Assembly (NCBI RefSeq): GCF_006345805.1
Contig: NC_043000.1
Location: 127,038,001 to 127,102,000, forward strand
Direction: 5' to 3'
DNA from: Octopus sinensis
Taxonomy: Eukaryota
Length of the DNA: 64,000 nucleotides
This document shows, one piece after another, positions 26,611-38,081 of the stretch. The notes under the pieces were generated by a model, which saw only the letters and a program-made list of their open reading frames with translations, was not told the DNA's origin and made no database searches. Numbering within the stretch: position 1 is the stretch's first letter; each line of letters begins with the position of its first letter. A program made the translations under genes and the position numbers.

Positions 26611-27757
26611 TATGTATGTACAATGGTGGACTGGCCAGGTTGCCAGCTTGCCCCATGACTAGTGGACCCCTGCGCCATTAGAATCTATATATGGGGTCCC
26701 ATTTTAGTATCTAAGGGGCCCATCCCCTCAAATTTGAGAATTTTTTATTCACTCCAGGAAGAATTCATTATTTCAGCCTGGCTGTGTTTGTAGACAGTTG
26801 AAAAGAATACTTCTAACAAAGAAAAAAAAAAAATTAAATGTTAGCATTGTAGTTGCAGAATATGTATCAGTAAAATATGTATCAGTAAAGAAGCACACTC
26901 TAAAGAATAGAGCAGTAATTATTACAAAAAAAAAATTTATTTTCTACATTGCGGACATAAGGAAATGCTCAGAAATTGAGATTTAAGTCTTAACATATAA
27001 AAATGTTAATGAGAACAGGTTGTCTCTCCTGAACCAGAGGATAAAATAACTCTTATAGACCCAAAAAAATCCCAAGGTTATAGTGGAAGACACTTGCTCA
27101 AGGTGCCACATAGTGGGAATGAACCGGGAACCATGTGACTGGGAAGCAAGCTTCTTATGACACAGCCACGTCTGTGCCTATACATGTACAAACTGGCAAT
27201 CTGTTGGTTATGATGACAGGTGTTCCAGTTGATCTGATCAATGGAACAGACTTCTCATAAAATTAGTGGTTAGGGTGTTAGGCTCACAACCATACAGTTG
27301 AGAGTTCGATTCCTGAGCTGATTAACATGTTACATCCTTAAGCAAGGTGGTACTTTATGCTCAAGATGCTACTGTCACTTCAGCTGAGAATTTGGTAGAT
27401 GGGAACTGTGTGGAAGCATGTTGCATATGTGTATAGATAGATATGTGTATGAGACTGTGTATTTCTTTGTGTTTTTTACCCAACTCTATACACTTAACAA
27501 TCAATGTTGGTTTGTTTACATCCCTGTAAAGAGATTGACAGAATAAGCACCAGGCTTAAAAAGAAAAAAAAAGCTAGGATTGAGTTGTTTGGCTAAACTC
27601 ATCCAAGCTGTGCCCCAGCATGGCTACAGTCCAATGACTGAAACAAGTAAAAGATAAAAAAAGAATTTGGAGTTAAAGTTCAATTCATTTGAGCACCATT
27701 TTGTGTTTTACATACTGAGCATATCTAGCTCTCATCTACTGTCTGTATATGTATGCA

Positions 27758-27808
<51 letters not shown>

Positions 27809-28149
27809 GTGTGTGTGTGTAGGGGGACCAAAATTCCTGGTATTGTGCTGTGCTTGAAAAGACATGTCAAGCTAAGTAAAAGCATAGTTGCTCTTGCACA
27901 AAGGCCTTGCAACCCTCTCCAGCTGAGCATCCTTAATCTTGTGGGCTTGTAGGTGCTGGTTCCATGTAAAAAGCACCCATGCCGGTGCTGAGTAAAAGCC
28001 CCCAGCACACTCTGTAAAGTGGGTGGCATTAAGAAGGGCATCCAGCCATAGAAACCATGTCAGAACAGCCATGGAGGCTGAACAGTCTTTCAGCTGGTCA
28101 GCTCCTGTCAAACCATCCAACGGATGTTAAATGATGATGATGATGATAT

Positions 28150-28193
<44 letters not shown>

Positions 28194-29558
28194 CAGATAC
28201 TCAATGAAACTTTTAAAGGATTGTAACACTCAAGTGCTTGTAATTCCAGCACTGTATAGGAAGTCTCTGAAATTTTGTCTATGCTCAGTAGAAAATATAA
28301 TCAAAAATATAAAGAGTTGTGTATTACAAAACACATGTATGTTAATTTGAAAGTGGGTATACAGCTATAATTAGCTCATATTTGAAAATCATTTGAAATA
28401 AAATAAATTGAAATATTTCATTCCAGTTAAAAAGATACATTTTTAATATGTCTTTAAAATGCTTTTCAGTATGTCTTTAAATGGAATGTTTGGTTGGTTT
28501 GTGGGGATTGCAATATATTACAAGAATTTTTTAATCAGTCATTTTCTATTTAAAATTTTTTGAAATCAATATGCAGAGAGTGGAATATTTTCAGCTTTGT
28601 GGATTGAGTGAATGAGAATAATTTTCTTGTATTTATAGACACTACCAAATACCATTGACAAAGCTTGAACTTGTGAATTTCTTGCATCGATAGTCCAATA
28701 TCTCATATGTAATGTCATTCTGCCTACTTGATGTTATTTGTGTAACAAAATATATCCACACTTCACAAGAGTGAATAAATAAAATCATGGAAATGAATTT
28801 CTAAAATCCACAAAGGATATGAATGTCAGAATATATTAATGGTAAAATAATGTAAATTAAACACCATTCTCAGCAGTAATCAATCAAGGATAAAAGAACT
28901 TTTGCAGAAAACATAAAATATTGATAATTGTCATAATTTTTCAACATTATGTAGAAAATCAAAGGTTTTGATGAAATTTATTTCATGTGGCATTCTAAAA
29001 ATTATCAAACGACTGACTTATGTTCCACCACAAAAGGTGTTCAATAAATGATTTGAAAAATATTGTATATTGTAAAAATTAAAAACAAACAAAACAAAAA
29101 AAGGTCTTAGTTTACTGTATTGAAATTAGGATCATATAACACAGAGAATTGATTTTCTATAAAATATATAGAATATTATTGTAAACAAGCCTTCTAGAAA
29201 TAGAAAACAAAAATATTTCTTTACTTTTCAAGAGCATTATAAATATAAAAAAACTATTGCTGTGAGTTAATAACATGCTCTTGAATGGAATGTATCATCA
29301 ACACAGTATAGATAATATTATTAGGTACCCTGTTATTGTTCTCTTACAAAGAGCAAAGGGGCCTATAAAAGCTTTGAATATAAGTTAGTAACAATAAAAG
29401 TATCAAAATATCTCAAGTGTTCTATAAAAGACCAGGATGGAATGTTTAGACAGTAAAGTGTACTCAATTTTATCAATACACAAGTATTATATAAATATGT
29501 GCATATATTTATTGGTATATGGCATATGAAAATTATAAGCTGGCCACAAATTTGCATG

Positions 29559-29609
<51 letters not shown>

Positions 29610-29626
29610 AGTCTTGTTTGCAAGAC

Positions 29627-29726
<100 letters not shown>

Positions 29727-29735
29727 GGAAATTTG

Positions 29736-30030
29736 TGGCCAGCTTGTAATTTTCATATGCTATTGAAAATTATCTAAATTGAACCTGGATGGAGAGTAAT
29801 TTTCTAAAAATATTGAAAATTGCTGAAATATGATATGGACGGAGAATAATTTTCATACAGTATTGTAAATTACTGACATATAATATGGACGGAGAATAAT
29901 TTTCATATAATATTGTAAATTACCAAAATAGGAAATGGACGGAGAGTAATTTTCATACATTACTGAAAATTACTAAAACAGGATGTGGACAGAGCAATTT
30001 TTTCATAAAATTTGGAAAAATTACCAATGA
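29736..30030. repeat. Tandem array of about 6 units with exact 50-bp period (core TGGACGGAGA(G/A)TAATTTTCATA)
   Basis: Unit starts at 29736, 29786, 29836, 29886, 29936 and 29986. An inverted ~40-bp copy of the array's start lies at 29522-29562. Confidence 0.9.
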
Positions 30031-33000
30031 AATATTCCTGTTCTATCACAAATGATGGTACTTTTATCACTTTAGTGGGAAGTATGAAAGAAAATACCCA
30101 CTTATCACAACACAGACCCTATGAAAGAGTCGGACGGAATGTTTTATTCATAAATATATAAGATATTATCACATTCTTATAGGTTTACTTTAAATAAGTA
30201 TTTGATAAAAGGTTTTATAGAAATCATATATCTGGAATGATTAGCAAAAGTTGATTATAAAAAATACTGAGTTATAATAATGATTTCTAATATAGGTAGA
30301 TGGCCACAAATTTAAGCAAAGAAACAATGAATTAAACAGAACCAGTACTTTACTGGTAATTAAATTATCAACCCCAGAAGGACTAAAGGCAATGTTCACC
30401 TTGACAGGATTTGAACTCAAGATATAGAGGTGTAACTAAATAAACCAAAATGGCAAAGTGTATTCTCCGACTTTGCATCAACCCTGACTATAGTAAGACC
30501 ACACATTTATTGAGTAAAGAGGATTATCAGTTGAAAAAATCTAAGAATTTGACTGACACATTTTCAAAGGAATGAAAAATAATGTTGGACACCAGACTGG
30601 TGTCACGTACAGGGGGTGGATTTTGTGATCTCAGTTACTTATACACCATGGAAATTGGGGAAGCATTTCTATGAGTCTTCAAACTTGAGACAATACTTAC
30701 TATTGTCTGACGTTTTGACATTTCTGTTACACCACTGCTCTTGTGATTATCATAACAAAGAACTGAGATATCTCATAGATCTATCACAGTTAGTATCCAA
30801 TAAAACTTTTTGATAAGATATTGTGAATTTTATTTGAAACCTTTGGAAGTATTTTAATAATATTTACTTTTGGCTAGAATTGGATTCGTTGACTATTGTC
30901 TGATTTATTACATCACTACCTGGCTCTTGAGTGCCCTTAGCAAGGTTTGTTTTCTGTAAGCATCAAGACCAAGTCACCAGTCAGAGAGTAACTTTCTCTC
31001 CCTTCCTCTCACTATTCTTCGTGTCCCTAAAAAAGGTCAAGGCAATGCCCGTCCCTTTTGGAAAAATCATGGATAAAAATCTCATGTTATGCACAATTAT
31101 TGAATGAATCACGTCACATTTGTTTACACACAATACTATTGCCTTCCACCTACAGCAAGATCTTGATTAAGTTCAAGTTCAACTTTGTAGGCAAGGCTTC
31201 AATTGAACCAAAACTAGTATGATACTAATCCTAATTTCAGCAACTAAAAGCTACATTCAGTAATGGTAAACTGAGAAACCAGAAATATAAAGCTGAAGTT
31301 AGATAAAATATTGTGATGCAAATGATTGAATAAATTTTCAACATTCAATATTGAATATTTTATAAGGTTTTGTAATACAAAATGAAATACAAATTCGACA
31401 ATATTACAAATTACTTACAATAATATACAGGACAATACTATCCAGTGGATCCTTCATATTTTAAAATGGTAAGGAGTACATTGAGAGGGATATAGTTGTT
31501 ATTTCTAGCATGTTGAGTGATCATGTACAGACTCCCTCAATAGCTCAAATGTAGTGTGTGTCTCTCTTTGTGCAACTGACATGCAAAGAGAGGCATCTAT
31601 CTGTCAATAGACACACTGCACAAATATGCAGTTTCAAGATAATATGGGAATGTGTAACTAAGAAAGGCAGAATTTATGTGGAATACCATTTACTAGATAT
31701 CAAGTTGACAACTCAGAAGATAAACTCACCATGAAAGGTGAGGTATGATTGTTTAATGCAACATATAAGTAATATCAAGTAAATTAATGTGTCAGCAGGG
31801 CATCAGTGAAGAGGTATAATCATTTTGTATTATAAAATCTTATAGAATCCAATATCCCACATGTTAAGAAATCATTGTTTCTGAAAATCTTGCTTTCATA
31901 ACACAAAACCCATTTTCCCCACAGACTTCCATATTACATGACAATGAACATGGAAGTGAAAGAAAACGTATATTTTGTATCATGGAACTCCAAGGTAACA
32001 AATAACTGAGAAGCTATGATAGTAACTCAAAAGGCCAGGGTTTCATGCAAATGAACCTATGAAGCTGATAAGCTTGACAAGTGCATTCCTAAGAAACTGT
32101 TGGCTTGTGTATATATCAAAAAGGTGTCTGATAAATTGGTGTGGTGAACAATAGTGCCTTGTGGCATTTGGTCTGAGTTGTAGCTCTTTATTCTAAGATG
32201 GACTTAACTATTCTCATAAACGGGGATCAATACAACAATTACCAGAGAATGTACTAAGATTGATATAATCCTTAAAGGTTCAATAAGGCTGTGGTCCAAT
32301 GAAACAATACTAGTAAAAGGATATCTTGATTCACATGGTAAATCACAAATATTAAGGAATTACTTGTAAAACTGTATCTTGTTGAAGACAAAAAAAGAAG
32401 TTCCACTTTTCATTTTTATACAATGCAAATTGTATTACGAATAAAAGGGAAACAATGACAGTTTTGAAGCCTTATAAGGGTTATCTCTCCATTATTTAGC
32501 CTTTTAGCATTTAAACCCAGCCATATCCGACCCAAATATTCTTCCTGTTTTATGTTCAAACAAGCCAGATCTGGCCTCTTACACCTACCCAACAATGTCG
32601 TTCCTAAAGTAAGGAGTCGCATCATTGAAATTTGCATTGTATTTGATGGAGTAATCTGAATGCTAAAAGGTTACACTTGTTCTTCTTATCTCTAAATAAT
32701 TTCTACTGAAGATCACTAATAACCATTTCAATACTTGTGTGAAACTATGCCATGGATAATATTATGCACCCAGCACACACATTAACATGTGTGCTTATGT
32801 ATGGCCTTCTGTATAATGGTTTAGTCAGAGGCAGAAGCGCAACAGTGCAGTGCTCAATGCCATTTTTCAAGGCCTCTGGGACTTGTGGAAGGAATGAAAG
32901 AAGTTATTTACTGACTGGAGTTTTGGTCAAAATGCTGGCAATAGATTGGATTCTTTTGAAGTCAGTCAAAAGTAAAGTGATGTTATCAGATCAAATGAAC

Positions 33001-33488
33001 GATTAAGTTAATCACCCATGACTATGCACATGTATACACACAACACATGTATAGCTGTATGCATGTGCAAACAAGATTCTGATTCATGTTTGAGATTGTC
33101 CATTTAAAGGACAAAACCATACTCAATTCAAAATGAGATCAAAGAATCAACCTAAGAACTTAATATTTAGGCATCAATTAAACCACAATTAAACCAAGCG
33201 AAAGATTCAGCATTTATGCCTTTAAATAGATTTTGTTAAAGACAGATTGTAAAGAAAGGGTGTTTAAGAAAGCTCTAGAAAAACAGTCTTTGTTAAGTAA
33301 ACTAAGTTATCATACCTTTGTTATTGCAATAGTACATGTTAGTCTAATTTTTTAAATTACAGGTTACAGTTGGTAATCCAAGATGATCCAACTTAAAAGT
33401 TTTTTTTAGATTCAGATGAAAGAATAAATCTAAGCTCCATTCTTCTTTTTATGTATTAATTCATTAATTAAACAATAATCTTAAAAAT

Positions 33489-33539
<51 letters not shown>

Positions 33540-33544
<5 letters not shown>

Positions 33545-33773
33545 TTCTAATTTTGGCATAAGACCTATAATTTTTTCAAGAGAAGGGGAAGTCAATTACA
33601 CTGACCCCACTACTTGTGTGGTACTTATTTTATTGACCCTAAAAGGATAAACGGTGGAGTTGACCTCAAGAGAATATAAATTCATAAAGAGGTGGAAGAA
33701 ATGTGCTAAACATCTCGTTTGATGCAGCAATGATTCTGCCAGCGCATTGCTTTAATAATAAAATAAAATAATG

Positions 33774-33805
<32 letters not shown>

Positions 33806-34346
33806 TATAATAATAATAATTATTATTATTATGATTATTATCACCATCATTATCATCAAGGCAGGAGGTTTGCAGAATCTTTAGCAAGTTGGAAAAAATA
33901 CTTTGCAGTATTTCTTCCAACTTTTTACTTTCTGAGTTCAAATTCTGCCGAGGTCAACTTTGCCTTTGAGCTTTTTGGGATTCATACAATGAAGTACCAG
34001 TCAAGTACTGGGGTTGATGTAACTGACTTGCCTCTTCCCCATTAACATTGCTGGCCTTGTGTCAAAATATGCAATGGTTAACTGGCAGAATCGTTGTTGT
34101 TATTTATCATTATCATTATTATTATTATTATAAGGAGGTGAGCTGGCAGAAATAATAAATGTTAGCACACCGGCCAAAATGCTTAGCGGAATTTTGTCTG
34201 TCTTTACATACTGAGTTCAAATTCCGCCGAGGTTGACTTTGCCTTTCATCCTTTTGGGGGTCTATAAATTAAGTACCAGTTGTGCACTGGGATCGATCTA
34301 ATCAACTAGCCCCCTCCCCCAAAATTTCAGGCCTTGTGCAGAAAAG

Positions 34347-34391
<45 letters not shown>

Positions 34392-35790
34392 GAGGTGGCA
34401 AACTGACAGAACCATTAGCACACCAGGCAAAATACTTAGTGGCATTTCATCTGTCCTTACATTCTGAGTTTAATTTCCACCAAAGTCGACCCTGCCTTTC
34501 ATCCGCTCGGGGTCAATAGAATAAGTACCAGTGGAGCACTGAGGTTTATGTAATCAACTATCCCCCACCAACAAACTTCAGGCTTTGTACCTATAGTAGA
34601 AAAGATTATTGAGGTGGCAAGCTGGCACAATTGTTAAGTATACTGGACAAAATGCTAAGCAGCATTTCGTCCATCTCTGCATTGTGAGTTCAAATTCTGC
34701 CAATATCCACTTTGCCTTTCATCCTTTTGGGGTCAATAATATAAGTGCCAGTTGAGTACTGAGGTCAATGTAATCGACTTATCCCCTCCCCCAAACTTGC
34801 TGGCTTTGCGCCAAATTTTGAAACCATTATTATTATTATTATTATTTTTATTTTATTCATATACACTCAACAGATTAAGCTGTTGGAAAAGAAAAGAATC
34901 CTAACATCAGACTACAAGAAGTTGTCTTAGATGTCAATGACCTTTCTAATGGGTTATAGCAAATAACCTTAGATGCCAAGAACCCTCCTAAGTATCCTAG
35001 CTGTCCCTAATAACACTGTTTTCTGAAGCTCTAAAAAATAGGGTTTTATGCCCATTTCCTCTATCCATCTGTTCAGATCTTTAGGGATAGTTCTCTTAGA
35101 ACTACTGGAATTATTATTGTTATTACTGTTGTTGTTGTTGTTGTTGTTAATAAGGCAAGCTGGCAGAATCATTACTGTACCAAACAAAATGCTTGGCACC
35201 TTTTCACTGGTCTTTATGTTCTGAGTCAAAATCCCACTGAAGTTGATTTTGTCTTGTACCCTTTCAAAGTGGATGAAAAAAGTAGTAGTTAAGCACTGGG
35301 GTCAATGTAATTAGCTGTCTCCTCCCAGTGAAATTTCAGGTCTCATGCATTTAACAGAAAGGATTATTATTATTATTATTAACGATTATTAATGACAATT
35401 ATTTATCAATAATTTCTTACATGGTATCAAGGCTAACAAACATATGGAGAGGACAAAACTGATTAAATCAATCACAGTATATAACTAGTATATATTATAT
35501 TGACCCTGAAAGGATGAACATCAACGTTATCATAATAATCTTTTCTACTATAGGCATAAGGCCTGAAATTTGGGGGGAAGGGGGCCAGTCAATTAGATTG
35601 ACCCCAGTACACAACTGGTACTATATTTATCAACCCCAAAAGGATGAAAGGCAAAGTTGACCTTGGCGAAATTTGAACTGATTTTGCACTTATTTTGCAG
35701 GAGAATATAGATGATGAGATTAACCACAATATATGACCGGTGTATATTCTATCAACCCTGAAGGCATGAAAGGCAAAGCTGACTTTAGCA
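33540..35790. mobile_element. Chain of about 8 family-B SINE copies in both orientations separated by (TAT/ATA)n tracts
   Basis: Repeated gagttcaaattc.gcc.aggt..actttgcctttcatcc cores at about 33940, 34210, 34465, 34690 and 35220 (+), and reversed copies at about 33590-33760, 35440-35520 and 35530-35780 (-). Confidence 0.8.
34830..35100 (-). mobile_element. 5'-truncated 3' end of an RLE-type (R4/Dong-like) LINE ending in (TAA)n
   Basis: TIPKDLNRWIEEMGIKPYFLELQKTVLLGTARILRRVLGI* is a typical C-terminus of this group. It is followed by a short 3' UTR and an AAT-repeat tail, and the 5' junction also sits in AAT/AAC repeats. Confidence 0.75.
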
Positions 35791-36192
35791 GGATGTCAAC
35801 TTAATGTTAAATTTCAAGGAATATAAAGGGACATAACCAAACGAACATTTAAACAATAATAAATGACTATATATATGCACATATATATACATATATATAT
35901 GCACATTATATATATATATATATATATATATATGAAGTTTAAAAAAAATTAGGATGCAAAAGAAATCGATTTGAACAGGTGTGAAAAGGTGCAGATAAAT
36001 TTCCAAATGTATCAATGTTTAAACTGAAACTAATTTTTGTTACTGAAAGAATACTGTTCTTGAAGTTGAAGCAATATAAAGTTCTTTTATACTGATTACA
36101 TTTTCTTGTCAAGTGTTTGTTTTAATTGCTACATTATATTTTATGCTCTAACATTACAATGTAGTGTTCTATTAGTTATTATGCTATAATAT

Positions 36193-36198
36193 TTTATT
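36193..36198 (-). terminator. Candidate polyadenylation signal AATAAA for the terminal exon
   Basis: Plus-strand TTTATT at 36193-36198, about 30 nt past the stop; ATTAAA also at 36126-36121. The region is very AT-rich, so chance occurrence is possible. Confidence 0.45.
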
Positions 36199-36227
36199 AT
36201 GGTATAATGTAATATCGTAATATAATT

Positions 36228-38081
36228 TTACTTCAGGATTTCTTCTTTAAGTGTTTGTTTCATTTTTTCAGCAATTTTTTTAAGTTGCCGAGATTTTCTA
36301 GTCACTTTCTCAATAGCCTCATCAAGGTGGTACCTGTCCATTACAAGAGATCGTTGATCACGTCTTCGAGAAGAAAATTCATGCTGATGTCTTGGGTGAC
36401 GAGCTGCAAGGTCTAAATCATCATATGAATGCCTGAATGACCTTCTGGATTGTCTTTGAGGAAAGCCATGTGGTGTATATGAAACCTGTTCGCTTTGGTT
36501 TGGTAGGAACTGGTGAGCGGAGGAATTAGCAGAGGAAACATAAGGATTTGAGATATAAGGTGGTGGATTTGTAGGTGGTATTAGGTTCTGAGACTGAGTG
36601 GAATTTCGGGAAATGAATTGTGGTAAATTATTTGAAAAGCCAGAATCAGTCATTGGTTCAGAAGCAACATTTCTATTAATGGATGCTGTTGGACGGTGCA
36701 TGTTTGAAAATCCAAAAGTGGTACCATTCTGCTGCTGCTGATTAGAATGGAATCTTCGTAAATGTGGCTCAGGAAGTTGGTAGCTGCGCAGTCTTTCAAT
36801 ACGTTGACTGATATTGTTTAAATCTTGTTGAGTAACCTTCTTTCTTGAAAATACTGGCCTTGAATTTTGTGTTACAGAATTGAAAGGCGTTTGTGGTCTT
36901 TGAGGAATCAAATACATTGGTTTAGGTGGCACAAAATTAGTGTTATTTCTATACTGTGGTGAGACAAAATTTGCATTACTTTGATTACCATCTGCTTCAG
37001 AAGTCTGCGATGAGTTGCCAGGATGCTGTGCAGCGGTATTCAATTGAATCAGATGAGGAGATGAAACTTCATCATTCTGTTTCGATTCTGGTGATAAAAG
37101 ACTGTTATTTGATACAAGTTTCACATCATTCAGAATATCTTTAAGTTTTTCATGTCTAACGAAATTGACAGAGTTATCCTCACTAAAAGAAGTTTGAGTT
37201 CCTTGGTCAGTATATGTTTGGGTACTTGCATCACAAGTAAAATCTGATTGCTTAATAACACGGACATCTTTCAGGATTTCCTTAAGCATGGTACCATTTA
37301 GAGTTGAAGAAGGAGAATAAACACTGTCAGATATTGTTGAGTTTTGGTCGATTCCTTTGTCTGTTTTTAGGCTTTTTACTTCAAACAGTATGTTTCTTAA
37401 CATATCGCTTTTTGAGCCACTCAGAGATTTTGTTTGTGCCGAAATAGAATGTAAGGAAGTACTAGAGGTTTGCATTGCTCTGCTACGTAACAGTCTTGTC
37501 TGGGTTTGGCCATCGTTAATGGGTAGACTTCTGTTTAAAGAACTAAAAGAGTGAGCAAAAGATTCATTCATTCCGAAATTTTTTGGAGTCTGTGTTCTAG
37601 CATTGCAATGAGTCTGAGAGCTGGTACTCCTCATCCAGCCATCAGTAGATTCATTGATATGATTACTCATAAATGAGATACTGTCTTCAGAATGGCTACT
37701 GTACAAAGTTCTGGTGGAATGAAAACCATCAAAATCAGCATCATTATCTAGAGTAACATCAAAACTAGATGCTTGCATGGTGTTTGTTTCCCCATACCCA
37801 GACTCTTCACTTTCGGATTCAAGCAGCACATTTCTACACTTTAATGATGAATGTGGGCTGAATGTATCTAAACCATACCTCCGTTTTGAGTGTTCACTAT
37901 CTCTTGATGAAGATGGTCTTTGCTGGTAATCAGTGAAGGAAGCACCATTCGCAGAGGGAAATTTTGATGCAAATGGATCAGTATCAGAATCGTCTTCTGA
38001 GTCAGAGGTGAGCCGAGCCCTTCTACCAGGATAGCGGGCAGATGGTTCTGAAGTTTGAGTGGAGTCACACCGCTTGGTTGG
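36228..38081 (-). CDS. Large terminal coding exon (617 aa plus stop), probably an alternative last exon of the spectrin-repeat gene; Ser/Gln/Asn-rich disordered tail with multiple TQT motifs and a C-terminal coiled-coil-like helix
   Basis: The 533-aa track ORF (37829-36228) stays open 84 more codons upstream (PTKRCDSTQTSEPSARYPG...SLKCRN) to a pyrimidine-rich acceptor ...cactctatctaccctccacAG|CCA at 38082. This acceptor is phase 0, matching the 63140 donor. In-frame stops lie just upstream of about 38130. TAA stop at 36230-36228, with AATAAA about 30 nt later. Confidence 0.8.
   Translation of the reverse strand, partial: PTKRCDSTQTSEPSARYPGRRARLTSDSEDDSDTDPFASKFPSANGASFTDYQQRPSSSRDSEHSKRRYGLDTFSPHSSLKCRNVLLESESEESGYGETNTMQASSFDVTLDNDADFDGFHSTRTLYSSHSEDSISFMSNHINESTDGWMRSTSSQTHCNARTQTPKNFGMNESFAHSFSSLNRSLPINDGQTQTRLLRSRAMQTSSTSLHSISAQTKSLSGSKSDMLRNILFEVKSLKTDKGIDQNSTISDSVYSPSSTLNGTMLKEILKDVRVIKQSDFTCDASTQTYTDQGTQTSFSEDNSVNFVRHEKLKDILNDVKLVSNNSLLSPESKQNDEVSSPHLIQLNTAAQHPGNSSQTSEADGNQSNANFVSPQYRNNTNFVPPKPMYLIPQRPQTPFNSVTQNSRPVFSRKKVTQQDLNNISQRIERLRSYQLPEPHLRRFHSNQQQQNGTTFGFSNMHRPTASINRNVASEPMTDSGFSNNLPQFISRNSTQSQNLIPPTNPPPYISNPYVSSANSSAHQFLPNQSEQVSYTPHGFPQRQSRRSFRHSYDDLDLAARHPRHQHEFSSRRRDQRSLVMDRYHLDEAIEKVTRKSRQLKKIAEKMKQTLKEEILK

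Noticed and set aside
29736-30030. 50-bp periodic array read as CRISPR-like
   Set aside because: Eukaryotic context, the inter-core segments are homologous to one another rather than unique spacers, and there are no cas genes.
31722-31780. ATG|GTGAGT phase-0 donor suggesting a Met-only first exon
   Set aside because: One such 7-8-mer is expected by chance in 60 kb; weak start context and no other support.
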